Shown: positions 1 through 11,086 of the stretch, piece by piece
How positions within the stretch are numbered: the stretch's first letter is position 1
How the letters are laid out: each line of letters starts with the position of its first letter
Assembly: GCA_036309045.1 (NCBI GenBank)
Contig: JAXJUM010000042.1
Coordinates: 48,744-112,743 of the forward strand
Direction: 5' to 3'
Length of the DNA: 64,000 nucleotides
Source of the DNA: Acutalibacteraceae bacterium
Lineage (GTDB): Bacteria > Bacillota > Clostridia > Oscillospirales > Acutalibacteraceae
Made by a program: the position numbers and the translations under genes
The notes under the pieces: generated by a model
Database searches by the model: none
Seen by the model: the letters and a program-made list of their open reading frames with translations, nothing else
Told to the model about the DNA's origin: nothing

Positions 1-1
1 G

Positions 2-343
2 GGCTTTTCATTCAGAATTGTAGGCGAGAACTACGATGAAACTTTCAAAACTGATAAAAACGGTGAAATTCTTGTTGAAGGCTTACGTATTGGTAAGTAT
101 GTAGTGTCTGAGGTAAATGACGAAGTATCAGCAGGATATATTCTTCCTGAAGATGCGAGCGTTGAAATTGAGTTTGACAAAACCTCTGAGGTGAAGATGC
201 ACAACGAAAAAATTAAAACACCAAAGACAGGTGATAACAGAAATATGCTTCCTGTTTATGCAACAGCAGGTGCTTCTCTTTCAGGTGTAATCGCTTGTGT
301 GGTGTTAGCTCTTAAAAAGAGAAAAGGTAAGGAGGCAGCTTGA
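2..343 (+). CDS. C-terminal end of a cell-wall-anchored surface protein (Cna-B/SpaA-like repeat plus sorting signal); 5-prime end outside window
   Basis: The frame is open from the window edge (GFSFRIVGENYDETFKTDKNGEILVEGLRIGKYVVSE). It has a TPKTG motif, then a hydrophobic stretch and a KKRKGK tail, which is a classic sortase signal. Confidence 0.7.
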   Translation, partial: GFSFRIVGENYDETFKTDKNGEILVEGLRIGKYVVSEVNDEVSAGYILPEDASVEIEFDKTSEVKMHNEKIKTPKTGDNRNMLPVYATAGASLSGVIACVVLALKKRKGKEAA

Positions 344-432
344 TGAAAACGATTGTTGCAATAGCACTTCTCTTGTTTATCGCAGGAGGTTTTATCTTTT
401 TACAGATAAGGAAACACAACAAAAAGAAATAA
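343..432 (+). CDS. 29-aa single-pass membrane peptide (hypothetical)
   Basis: ATG overlaps the upstream TGA. AAGGAGG at 329-335 sits 7 nt upstream. Product MKTIVAIALLLFIAGGFIFLQIRKHNKKK is below the ORF-track length cutoff. Confidence 0.4.
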   Translation: MKTIVAIALLLFIAGGFIFLQIRKHNKKK

Positions 433-490
433 GGAAAGACAAGGGCGGCTTTTATGTTAAAGTCGCCTTGATCAAAAGGGAGAGTTACGA

Positions 491-724
491 ATGAATAATA
501 ATAACTTCACAACTGCACAGAAAACAAAGGTTTTGACAAAGCTTTTTGAAGCAGGCATAAACACTGAAAAAGAGTTACTTGCCTTAAATCTTCAAAGTAT
601 TCTACAGATTAAAAACATAACGATTCAGGATATGTCTATCATAACTGAGTTGCAGACATATATAAAGAGCAACAAGCTCTACTCATATTTAGGAGGTAAA
701 AAGAATGATACAGACAACGAATAA
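491..724 (+). CDS. Hypothetical ICE protein
   Basis: 77-aa ORF with GGGAGAG upstream, co-oriented with neighbouring genes. No motif recognised. Confidence 0.5.
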   Translation: MNNNNFTTAQKTKVLTKLFEAGINTEKELLALNLQSILQIKNITIQDMSIITELQTYIKSNKLYSYLGGKKNDTDNE

Positions 725-1283
725 TGACCGCACAATTATTTGGTCAACTATAAACCGAAAGCCTGATTACGAATTAAGAAGGGAAATCAGCGAAAACTAC
801 GAAAACATTACAGAAGACCCACTTACAGTTGAAGAAATTCGATGTCAATTTAATAAGCTTGAAAACATAAAAGACAGGCTCAATAAGATAAGCTTCGTCA
901 AGCCAATTCTTGTTATTGATATATTCGAGGACTTAATACATAACGACTCTTCAAGAAAAGTAAGAGTGATTGATTCAGGTAATTTAGCGGATTGCTTTGA
1001 AGATGAAACCTTTGACCTTGTAGAGTGGTATGTTAATAAAGACGGAGACTTGTTTTCGTATGGTGTTGACCGTGAACGAGCACAATATTCAGCATACTTT
1101 GGTCTTAAAGCAGATGCACCTCTTAGTCTTATTCAGTGCTTCTTTGAAGATGTTGAGATGGAATGTGATGAAATTGAATATATGGATGAGATTGTTTTCA
1201 GTATAGGCAACACCGTCTTAGATGTTCTTGGACTTTCAGAGGTGAATCCATTGGGTAAGTTGATGTTTGATTACTGTGAATAA
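705..1283 (+). CDS. Hypothetical acidic ICE protein
   Basis: 192-aa ORF with AGGAGG upstream that overlaps the previous ORF's end. No motif recognised. Confidence 0.5.
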   Translation: MIQTTNNDRTIIWSTINRKPDYELRREISENYENITEDPLTVEEIRCQFNKLENIKDRLNKISFVKPILVIDIFEDLIHNDSSRKVRVIDSGNLADCFEDETFDLVEWYVNKDGDLFSYGVDRERAQYSAYFGLKADAPLSLIQCFFEDVEMECDEIEYMDEIVFSIGNTVLDVLGLSEVNPLGKLMFDYCE

Positions 1284-2153
1284 TCCCATACTTGACATTA
1301 AGCGAATAAAAGATAGGAGGTGCTTTAATGGCGAGAAAATTTGACCTAATCAATAATCTTTATGATGATACAGTAACGAAAGTATCTTCGCCTGAGAATT
1401 GGACAAGTTTTCTTAAAACGGCTTGTTATAACTACAGGCTGAGATTTGATGAACAGCTTTTGATTTATGCTCAAAAGCCGGAAGCAACTGCTGTTCTTGA
1501 GATAGAAAGATGGAATAAACATTTTGGCAGATGGGTTAATCGTGGAGCTAAAGGTATTGCAGTATTTGAAAAACTGGATGGTTCAACTCAGAGATTACTT
1601 CATTATTTTGATATATCCGATACACACGAGAGTAGTGGTTCTCGTCCTATTCCTTTGTGGAATAGGAAAGAAGAGTACACAGAGGAAATTATAGATACAC
1701 TTGATAATAACTTCGGTATGCTTGATAATAAGGCAACACTTGAAGAAGCAATATTTAGTGCGGCACAAAATGCTTGCGAAGATAATATTCCTGACTATGT
1801 AGGAGATTTAATTACTACTGTTGAGGATAGCTTTTTAGAAGGGTTATCGGAAGAAGCTGTTGGTGTTATGTATCGCCAGCTTGTTACAAACAGTGTAGCG
1901 TATATGATTATGTCACGACTCGGACTTGATACTGAGAGATATTTTGAGTCTGACGATTTTAGAGACATTGTAAATTTCAATACAAGAGCTTCTCTCAATG
2001 CTCTTGGCTTTGCTACAAGTGATATAGCAGAAATGGGACTTGCTGAAATTGCAAAGACTATTTTATCTCTGCAAAAAGAAAATCGCACAATTGCCCATAA
2101 TAAAGAAAGTGACTACAATAAAAGTGAAAACGAAACCGAAAGGAGTTATGACA

Positions 2154-2507
2154 ATGGCAGAATTGACTTACACAATGCAGGGCGATTACAATCTCCCGAA
2201 TTTGATACTACCGGAACAGCCGAAAGTGGAACTCGGATTGTACGCACAGATGAGAAAGAATTATCTTCTGAATCATCACAAGATAATCTATTACAACTAC
2301 CTGACCAGCGGAACACTGACGAACCATCTGTCGGAAGTACAGCAGAGAGCATTGCAGATGGAAGAAACTCTGATGAAGCAGATGTCAGCTCAGGAGGGCT
2401 TGACCGAAGAGCTGAAAGCACAGGATATGATGACTTGGGTTCGCAGGATGAACAATCTGAGGAACAGAGTTCAGGAAATCGTGAAAGCGGAAGTGATATT
2501 CAATTAG
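2154..2507 (+). CDS. TnpV-family protein encoded in an alternative frame inside the polyvalent gene
   Basis: GAAAGGAG at 2138-2145 lies 8 nt before the ATG. The 117 codons are collinear with the transposon tnpV at 9878 (GDY, LTSG, G-x-TEELK, DMM-x-W, MNN-x-R, EIV). Confidence 0.6.
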   Translation: MAELTYTMQGDYNLPNLILPEQPKVELGLYAQMRKNYLLNHHKIIYYNYLTSGTLTNHLSEVQQRALQMEETLMKQMSAQEGLTEELKAQDMMTWVRRMNNLRNRVQEIVKAEVIFN

Positions 2508-5500
2508 AATATTTTGACCGTAAGAATGAGGATAGAAGTATAGCTTTTCTTCACAGCGATAGCGATATAAAAGCTATACTTCTTAACACACCTTATCTTA
2601 AAGCTTCTAAATCTGAAATAGTTGATTACTATGAAAATGTTCGAGATAGAAGCGAACAGACAGAATATATCAAGAGTATTTTTAACAATGACCTAACGGA
2701 GATAACTGTTCCTGATGGAAGAAGAATGGGATACAAAACGTATCAGAATGTTCTTCATTTGTGGGAGGGCAGTTACGATAATATAACAAAACAAGGCTAC
2801 TATGATTGGCGAGTTATCGCAGGATACTTTGAGGGGATGCGATTACTTAAAGAGCTTACCGATACTGTAAAGCCTTTGCCGTCAATGGAAGGTCAGCTCA
2901 ATTTTTTAAACGAGGCAGGAGAACAAAAAGCTCCTGTCTTTACTTTTTCTCAGGAGATTATTGACACTGTACTTACTCGTGGAAGTGGTGTTTCAGAGGG
3001 TAAGTTAAGGATATATGAGCAGTTCCAAAAGTCACTTTCTAAAAAGGAGAACATTGCTTTTCTTAAAAATGAATATGGCTGGGGTGGTTCATATCCTATA
3101 ATCACAGGCACAGGAATAGATGAAATGCACGATGGTAAAGGTATACGTCTTTCTAAAGGTTTAGGTGGTGATGCACCTAAAATAGTTTTAGCGTGGTCAC
3201 AAGTCGAAAAACGACTTAGTGAGCTTATAAAACTTGACAGATACCTTAACCCTAAAGAAAAGGCATACTATCCTCAGTGGCTTGAAGAACAGGAACGCGG
3301 ACGTGCTGAAATAGCTATTGAACGAGAGCGTAGAGAATTACTTTCAAAAGCTCCCGAAGAACCCAAGGAATATAAGTATCAATATCATCTTGGTGATAAG
3401 GTGTATATCGGTGCAAGTGAGTATGAAATAACATCTTTTGATGATAACAGGGTAACATTGTTTGATAGCAAATTTCCTCTATTTAATACCGAAATGCCAC
3501 GAGTTGAGTTTGATACTAAGGTTAAAGAGAACCCAATGAATGACCATCTTAAAGTGGTTGTTGAAAAAGCTGTAGATAAAGCCGAAGTAGTCAAATCAGA
3601 AGATACGGAAAATAAGTCTATTGTAGAGCAGTATCGTGAGCTTAAAGCTGAAAATGCTGATAAGATTTTACTCTTTCAGGTTGGTGATTTTTTTGAGGTT
3701 ATGGATGATGATGCTACAAAGGTTGCAGAGGCTCTGAGTTTAACATTAACAAGTCGCAGTAATGGTGATGAAAGACTTCCTATGTGTGGCTTTTCAAATA
3801 AACTGCTTGAAACATACACAGATATGCTTCTTGACAGAGGTTATGATGTTGCGATAGCGACTGATGATAACGAAAAGGTTGTCAACCTAAACTCTGATAG
3901 AAAACACGAGCCTATTAACTCATATCCTGTTGGCAGAATTGATTACTATAATGCAAACGGAGAGATTACAAACTCTATTGAGTATGTTAATCCTACAAGT
4001 CTTAGAAGAGATTTACTCAATGATAGTCCTTTTGAAACAATGGGATTAGTGCTTTATAAATATGCACAGGGCGAGGTTGTACCTCACGACTTCGTAGATA
4101 ATCTTCCTAAACCGCTTAAAACTTTTGAAGTTGTTGAGTTTGAAACCAAAGAATATGTGCAGGAGAATATACAGGAAGAAACAGATAATTCTGACCTTAT
4201 AGGTAAGAAGCTGACTTTAGATGACCGTAACTTTGAAGTCGAAAAAGTAAGCAAATTAGGTGATGTATCACTTCGTGATATTACATTTGAAAATGCTAAC
4301 GGATTCCCAATTTCAAGAGTTGAAAAGGTTGAGTTTGTACGAAAAGAGTTAGAAACTCAACAGACAAAGGAAGAAAAAATCATTCCTGTATGGGAGAAAT
4401 CTGTAAAGAAACACACACAAACCTTTGACTTGCATCCTAATGTTCCTATGGCTGAACGTAACACTTTTGACCTCAAAAACTTTACGCTTGATGAAGTAGG
4501 TAAAAAAGCTCGTTACAAACGAAATGTTGAGGCAATACGAATATTAAAAGAGTGCGAGTTTGAAAACAGATTTGCAACAGCAGAAGAGCAACAGAAACTT
4601 GCACAGTATGTTGGTTGGGGCGGTATTCCCGAAGCCTTTGATGAAGAAAATTCAGCTTGGGCAGATGAATTTGTAGAGTTATATGGGTTGCTATCTCCCG
4701 AAGAATACAAATCCGCAAAAGAAAGTACGCTCACAGCCTTTTATACTCCGCCACAAGTTATTTCAGCTATTTACAAAACAATGGAACGTATGGGCTTTAA
4801 GGAAGGAAACATTTTAGAGCCTTCGTGTGGTATTGGTAATTTCATTGGTATGTTACCTGAGTCAATGGGAAACAGCAGAGTTTATGGTGTTGAGATTGAT
4901 AAGATTTCAGCTGGTATAGCACAGCAGTTGTATCAGAAAACATCAATAGCTCCACAGCCTTTTGAAGAAGCAAGTGTCCCTGATAGCTTTTTTGATGCAG
5001 TAGTTGGTAATGTGCCTTTTGGTGATTTTAAAGTTGCCGACAAGAGGTATGATAAGAATAATTTCTTAATTCACGATTATTTCTTTGCCAAGTCACTTGA
5101 TAAGCTTCGCCCCGGTGGTGTAATGGCTCTTGTAACTTCAAAAGGTACAATGGATAAGAAAAACTCAGCAGTCAGGAAATACATTGCACAGAGAGCAGAG
5201 CTTTTAGGTGCAATAAGACTTCCGAATAATACCTTTAAAGGTAATGCAGGAACTGAGGTTGTTTCGGATATTCTGTTCTTACAGAAGCGTGACCGAATTA
5301 TAGATATTGAACCTGATTGGGTGCATCTTGGTAAGGATGAAAATGGCTTTGAAATGAATAGCTATTTTGCCGAGCATCCCGAAATGATACTTGGTGAAAT
5401 GAAGATGACATCAGGTAGATTTGGTGATGAACTAACTTGTGAACCTTATGAAAATGCAGACCTCAATGAATTGCTTGATGAAGCTATCGTTAATATCCAC

Positions 5501-7636
5501 GGCGAGATTACCGAGTATGAAAGAGATGATGAACTTTCCGAAGAAGATAATTCAATCCCTGCTGACCCTAATGTGAGAAACTACTCTTATACAGTTGTGG
5601 ACGATACAATTTACTTCAGAGAGAACTCACGAATGACACCTGTAGATGTGTCTGCTACAGCTGAAAACAGAATTAAAGGCTTGATAAAAATCCGTGATTC
5701 TGTTCGTCAGTTAATTGAGTTACAAACTGAAAATTATCCTGACGAAGCTATTAAGGAAGAACAGAAAAACCTTAATAAACTGTATGATGATTTTACAAAG
5801 AAATACGGATTGATAAATAGCAGAGCAAATACATCTGCTTTCTCTCAGGATAGTTCATATTCTTTAGTGTCAGCCTTAGAGGTTATAAATAACGAGGGTG
5901 AGCTTGAACGCAAAGCAGATATGTTTTTTAAGCGTACAATCAAACCTCATATTCCTGTTACCTCTGTAGATACAGCATCGGAAGCATTGGCAGTATCAAT
6001 AGCAGAAAAAGCAAAAATTGATATGGCTTATATGTGTAAGCTCACAGGTAAAACAGAGCAGGAATTGTTTGCAGAGTTGCAGGGTGTTATATTCTTAAAT
6101 CCTTTACACGAATACGGCAATATGAATACAGAAAAGTATCTTATGGCTGATGAATATCTTTCAGGTAACGTAAGAGATAAGCTACGTATTGCTAAAAATT
6201 CTGCAAAGCTATATCCTGATGACTATAACATCAATGTTGAAGCACTTCAGAAAGTTCAGCCAAAGGACTTAACTGCAAGTGAGATTTCAGTAAGACTTGG
6301 TGCTACTTGGGTACCACCTGAAATGATTCAACAGTTTATTTTTGAAACTCTTGATACACCTTACTACAAAAGATACAGTATCAAGTTGCATTATTCTGCA
6401 CTTACTAACGAATGGAATATCGAGGGTAAGTCCTTAGATAAAAGTAATATCAAGGCGTATCAGACCTATGGTACAGGAAGAATAAACGGATATAAAATCA
6501 TTGAAGAAACACTTAATCTTCGTGATGTTCGTATCTTTGATTACATTGAAGATGAAAACGGAAATCGCAAGGCTGTACTTAACAAAAAAGAAACAGCGAT
6601 TGCTGTATCAAAGCAGGAACTTATCAAACAGGCTTTTCAGGATTGGATATGGAAAGACCCTGACAGACGACATAAGTTGTGCGAGCTTTATAACGAAAAA
6701 TTCAATAGCACTCGTCCTCGTGAGTATGACGGAAGCCATATAACTTTTAATGGAATGAATCCTGAAATCAATCTGAGGACACATCAAAAGAACGCAGTAG
6801 CACATATTCTTTACGGAGGAAACACCTTACTTGCACACACAGTGGGAGCCGGCAAAACCTTCAGTATGGTATCTGCGGCAATGGAATCGAAGCGACTTGG
6901 TTTATGTAACAAGTCGCTTTTTGTTGTCCCTAATCACCTTACTGAGCAGTGGGCAGCTGAGTTTTTACAGTTGTATCCTGCGGCAAATATCCTTGTTGCA
7001 ACAAAGAAAGATTTTGAGAAGAAAAACCGAAAACGTTTTTGCGGACGAATTGCAACAGGTGATTATGATGCGATTATTATCGGTCATTCTCAGTTTGAGA
7101 AAATCCCTATGAGTGTCGAAAGACAGAAACTTATTCTTGAAAGACAGATGGATGAGATTCTGTCAGGTATCAATGAGCTTAAACAAAATCGAGGTGACAG
7201 ATTCTCGGTAAAACAGCTTGAAAGAACACGAAAATCTTTACAGGTAAAGCTTAATAAATTAAATGACCAGAGCCGTAAGGATGATGTTGTTACCTTTGAA
7301 GAGTTGGGTGTTGACCGCTTATTTGTAGATGAGAGCCATTATTATAAAAATCTTTTCTTATATACAAAGATGCGTAATGTAAGTGGTATTGCACAGACGG
7401 AAGCACAAAAATCTTCTGACTTGTTTATGAAATGTCAGTATCTCGATGAAGTAACAGGCGGACGAGGAACTGTGTTTGCTACAGGTACACCTATCTCAAA
7501 TAGTATGGTTGAGCTTTACACTATACAACGTTATTTGCAGTATGAAACCCTTGTTAATAATGGTTTGCAAAACTTTGATAGCTGGGCTTCAACCTTTGGC
7601 GAAACTATTTCAGCTGTTGAACTTACACCTGAGGGC

Positions 7637-7642
7637 TATACT
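7637..7642 (+). promoter_or_regulatory. -10 half (TATACT) of the promoter formed on transposon circularisation
   Basis: It lies 4 nt inside the left GA. Together with TTGACA at 14238-14243 it gives a 17-nt spacer across the predicted joint, upstream of tnpX. Confidence 0.55.
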
Positions 7643-7832
7643 TTAGTAGGACGATAAATAATGCGTTCCTAAATTGAAAATAGGTTATCAAAGTCGGTTG
7701 CGGAATTTCAAAAAATATTTTTTTGATTCTTTGAAAAACAGTTCCGCTTTGTATCCCTATTTTCTCCTATTGGTAGAGGGAGTAATACTTTTAATACCAA
7801 AACAGATTACATAAGGAAAGGAGGATAAGAGA

Positions 7833-9953
7833 ATGTCAAGGACTTCAAAGATTACAGCACTCTATGAGCGATTATCAAGAGATGATGACCTTAATGGTGA
7901 GTCAAATTCCATCACCAACCAAAAGAAATACTTGGAAGATTATGCTCGCAGAAATGGGTTCACGAATATTCGCCATTTTACTGACGATGGTTTTTCGGGT
8001 GTGAATTTCAATCGTCCGAGTTTTCAAGAGTTGATTAAGGAAGTAGAAGCTGGAAATGTTGCTACGATTATTGTTAAGGATATGAGCCGATTGGGGCGAA
8101 ACTATCTGCAAGTCGGTTTTTATACGGAAGTTCTGTTCCCACAGAAAGATGTCCGTTTTCTTGCAATAAACAACAGTATCGACAGCAACAATGCTTCTGA
8201 TAATGACTTTGCCCCGTTTTTGAATATTATGAACGAGTGGTACGCCAAAGACACAAGCAATAAAATCAAGGCTGTGTTTGATGCCCGTATGAAAGACGGA
8301 AAGCGTTGCAGCGGTTCAATTCCTTATGGATATAACCGATTAGCAACCGACAAACAAACGCTTGTCGTTGACCCTGTGGCTTCTGAGGTGGTAAAGCGTA
8401 TCTTTTTGCTTGCCAACGAGGGCAAAAGTCCGAGAGCAATCGCTGAATTGCTTACCGAAGAAAAGGTTTTAATTCCGGCTGCACACGCAAAGGAATATCA
8501 CCCCGAGCAGTATAACGGAATGAAGTTTTCAGACCCGTATCTTTGGGGAATGTCAACCATAAGAGGGATTTTAAGCAGACAGGAATATCTTGGTCATACC
8601 GTTTTGCGTAAGTCGGTCAGCACGAATTTCAAACTGCACAAAAGGAAGAATACCGATGAAGATGAACAGTATGTATTTTATCATACGCACGAGCCTATCA
8701 TTTCGCAGGAACTTTGGGACAGCGTTCAGAAGCGAAAGAAACGAGCGAACAGAACAGCGGCAAAAGGTACGCATAGCAACCGTTTAAGCGGTTATCTGTA
8801 CTGTGCGGATTGTGGCAGAAGAATGACCCTGCAAACACATTACAGCAAAAAAGACCGTTCGGTGCAGTATTCTTACCGCTGCGGTGGATATGCAAGCAGA
8901 GTAAACTCCTGCACTGCCCATTCGATTAGTGCTGATAATGTTGAAGCCTTGATATTATCGACTGTCAAACGATTATCAAGATTTGTCCTGAATGACGAAG
9001 AAGCCTTTGCAAAAGAGCTTCAAGCGTTGTGGAATGAGAAGCAGACAGAAAAGCCAAAGCACAATAAATCGGAATTGCTCCGTTTTCAGAAGCGATACGA
9101 TGAACTTTCCAAACTTATTCGTGGTCTGTATGAAAATCTTGTTTCGGGATTACTGCCCGAAAGACAGTATAAGCAACTAATGAAGCAGTATGATAATGAG
9201 CAGGCTGAACTGGAAACGAAAATTGAGGAAATGCAAAAGGAACTGACCGAAGAAAAGGCGAATACGGTTGATATTAAGCATTTCATTTCTTTGATACGCA
9301 AGTGCAAAGAGCCGACAGAAATTTCCGATTTGATGTTTGCCGAACTCATTGACAAGATTGTGGTTTATGAAGCAGAGGGTGTGGGAAAAGCAAGGACACA
9401 AAAGGTTGATATTTATTTCAACTATGTGGGGCAGGTCGATATTGCCTATACAGAAGAAGAACTTGCTGAAATAAAGGCACAGGAAGAACAGATAGAAATG
9501 GAGCGATTGGCAAAACAGCGTGAGCGTGAAAAAGCCTACCGAGAGAAGCGAAAGGCGAAAAAACTCGCTGAAAACGGTGGAGAAATCGTAAAAGCAAAGG
9601 TATGCCCCCATTGTCAAAAGGAGTTTGTGCCTACAAGCAACCGACAGATATTCTGTTCAAAGGATTGTTGCTATCAGGCAAGGCAGGACAAGACAAAAGC
9701 CGACAGAGAAGCAGAAAAAGGAAATCATTATTATCGTCAGCGTGTCTGTGCTGTGTGTGGCAGTACCTACTGGCCTACACACAGTCAGCAGAAATTCTGT
9801 TCCGAAGAATGTCAAAAACAAAATCACAACGAGAAATCTTTGGAATTTTACCACAAGAAGCAAAAGGAGAAATCAGGATGCAACGATTTATTACAGACGA
9901 AAGAACTGGTATCCAGTACGAACTCATCGGAGATTATTACTATCCCTGCTTGA
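7833..9953 (+). CDS. tnpX: Large serine recombinase (TnpX-like)
   Basis: 706 aa with an N-terminal resolvase catalytic domain (YERLSRDD, VKDMSRLGRN) and a long C-terminal extension with Cys-rich zinc-ribbon motifs. AAGGAGGA RBS present. Confidence 0.9.
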   Translation: MSRTSKITALYERLSRDDDLNGESNSITNQKKYLEDYARRNGFTNIRHFTDDGFSGVNFNRPSFQELIKEVEAGNVATIIVKDMSRLGRNYLQVGFYTEVLFPQKDVRFLAINNSIDSNNASDNDFAPFLNIMNEWYAKDTSNKIKAVFDARMKDGKRCSGSIPYGYNRLATDKQTLVVDPVASEVVKRIFLLANEGKSPRAIAELLTEEKVLIPAAHAKEYHPEQYNGMKFSDPYLWGMSTIRGILSRQEYLGHTVLRKSVSTNFKLHKRKNTDEDEQYVFYHTHEPIISQELWDSVQKRKKRANRTAAKGTHSNRLSGYLYCADCGRRMTLQTHYSKKDRSVQYSYRCGGYASRVNSCTAHSISADNVEALILSTVKRLSRFVLNDEEAFAKELQALWNEKQTEKPKHNKSELLRFQKRYDELSKLIRGLYENLVSGLLPERQYKQLMKQYDNEQAELETKIEEMQKELTEEKANTVDIKHFISLIRKCKEPTEISDLMFAELIDKIVVYEAEGVGKARTQKVDIYFNYVGQVDIAYTEEELAEIKAQEEQIEMERLAKQREREKAYREKRKAKKLAENGGEIVKAKVCPHCQKEFVPTSNRQIFCSKDCCYQARQDKTKADREAEKGNHYYRQRVCAVCGSTYWPTHSQQKFCSEECQKQNHNEKSLEFYHKKQKEKSGCNDLLQTKELVSSTNSSEIITIPA

Positions 9954-10255
9954 CGATAGAAAACGAAGAACCGCCCACTCTCACAAAATACGGAAGAATG
10001 AGGGAAAGATATTTAAGGGAACACAGGAAAATCTTGTATATCAATCTGCTTACAAGCGGAAAGTTATATGAACACCTTGCCGATATTGATACTTCGGCGT
10101 GTGATATGGCGGAGTATCTGATAAAGGAAATGGCAAGAAAGCAGGGTGTGACGGAAGAACTGAAAGGAAAGGATATGATGAAATGGATAGGATTGATGAA
10201 CAATATCCGAGCCTGTGCAGATGAGATTGTATTGAACGATATTGTGTATTCCTAA
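9878..10255 (+). CDS. tnpV: TnpV-family protein
   Basis: Start chosen at the ATG after AAAGGAGA (9863-9870), overlapping the tnpX 3-prime end. Product MQRFITDERTGIQYELIGDYYYP...NLLTSGKL...GVTEELKGKDMMKW. Confidence 0.8.
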   Translation: MQRFITDERTGIQYELIGDYYYPCLTIENEEPPTLTKYGRMRERYLREHRKILYINLLTSGKLYEHLADIDTSACDMAEYLIKEMARKQGVTEELKGKDMMKWIGLMNNIRACADEIVLNDIVYS

Positions 10256-10528
10256 TAGCATACCAGCCGAAAAGGAACTGCTGTCTTAACGGATGGCAGT
10301 TTTTCTTTTTCGGGAAGTATTTAAGAAGTTATTAAGTCGTGAGTATAATCGAAGTGGCTAAGTTGAAAAATTCACAAAAATATGGTACAATACGTCTAAA
10401 TCAGCGAGATAAATCGGAATTTTAAAAAGGAGTGTGATGACCATGATTTTTGATTTTGAGCCTTGGCAATTAGATATTGATATTGACTTAACTAAACAAT
10501 TATATAGAAGTTGTAAAGGAGACTTTGT

Positions 10529-11020
10529 ATGGGTAGAAAAGAAATAACAACAAAAGAAGATTTAATGAAAGTAATAGAATTATTCGAAAATACTGGAATT
10601 ACATACTGGTTGGATGGCGGATGGGGTGTAGATATTTTAGCTGGTAAACAAACAAGAATTCATAGAGATATAGATATAAATTTTGATGCTCAACATACGG
10701 AAAAATTGTTAAATGTGCTTTTGAATCTGGGCTATAAAATTGATACAGACTGGAAACCGGTTAGAATAGAGTTATATAGTGATGAACTTGGTTACTTAGA
10801 CATTCACCCGTTCGTTTTAAATGAGGACGGAACTTCAAAACAAGCTGATTTAGAGGGTGGATGGTATGAGTTTGAAAAAGATTACTTTGGTAGTGTTTTT
10901 TTTGAAGGCAAAACAATTCCTTGTATATCTTTAAAAGGCCAAAAAGTTTTCCATTCAGGTTATGAATTAAGAGATAAAGATAAGCATGATATTTCAATTC
11001 TTGAAAGTTTATCAAAATAA
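10529..11020 (+). CDS. lnu: Lincosamide nucleotidyltransferase, Lnu(A)/LinA-like
   Basis: 163 aa with motifs YWLDGGWGVD, HRDIDINFDAQHT, GYLDIHP, IPCIS and HSGY. These are collinear with Lnu(A) as I recall it. It occupies the catP slot of Tn4451. Confidence 0.8.
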   Translation: MGRKEITTKEDLMKVIELFENTGITYWLDGGWGVDILAGKQTRIHRDIDINFDAQHTEKLLNVLLNLGYKIDTDWKPVRIELYSDELGYLDIHPFVLNEDGTSKQADLEGGWYEFEKDYFGSVFFEGKTIPCISLKGQKVFHSGYELRDKDKHDISILESLSK

Positions 11021-11086
11021 CATCGCTGTAATTTCTAAGATAAATTGCAGTTTGTCAGTATCTTAAATAGAATATATGTGACAGAA

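Larger units (their letters stand above)
1328..7657 (+). pseudogene. 5-prime 2,100 codons of a polyvalent ICE protein (ArdC-N-like, MutS domain I-like, N6-adenine methylase, SNF2 helicase N-lobe), interrupted by a transposon
   Basis: Motifs seen: LLFQVGDFFEV...LPMCGF (MutS-I-like), EPSCGIGNF and GNVPFG (methylase motifs I and IV), HTVGAGKTF and VDESHYYKN (helicase Walker A and DExH). The reading frame leaves the conserved sequence at TPEG (7631) and stops 8 codons later. Confidence 0.85.

Noticed and set aside
1795-2421. Minus-strand ORFs of 97 aa and 91 aa (1795-2088 and 2146-2421) inside the polyvalent gene
   Set aside because: They are antisense shadow ORFs within a strongly coding region, with no RBS and low-complexity products. 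The + strand alternative-frame TnpV-like ORF in the same area was kept, because it has an SD and a recognisable homologue.
9602-10255. Long versions (217 aa and 148 aa) of ORFs overlapping the tnpX 3-prime end
   Set aside because: Only the last 125 codons resemble TnpV, and an SD + ATG sits at 9878. The upstream extension is an out-of-frame read of tnpX.
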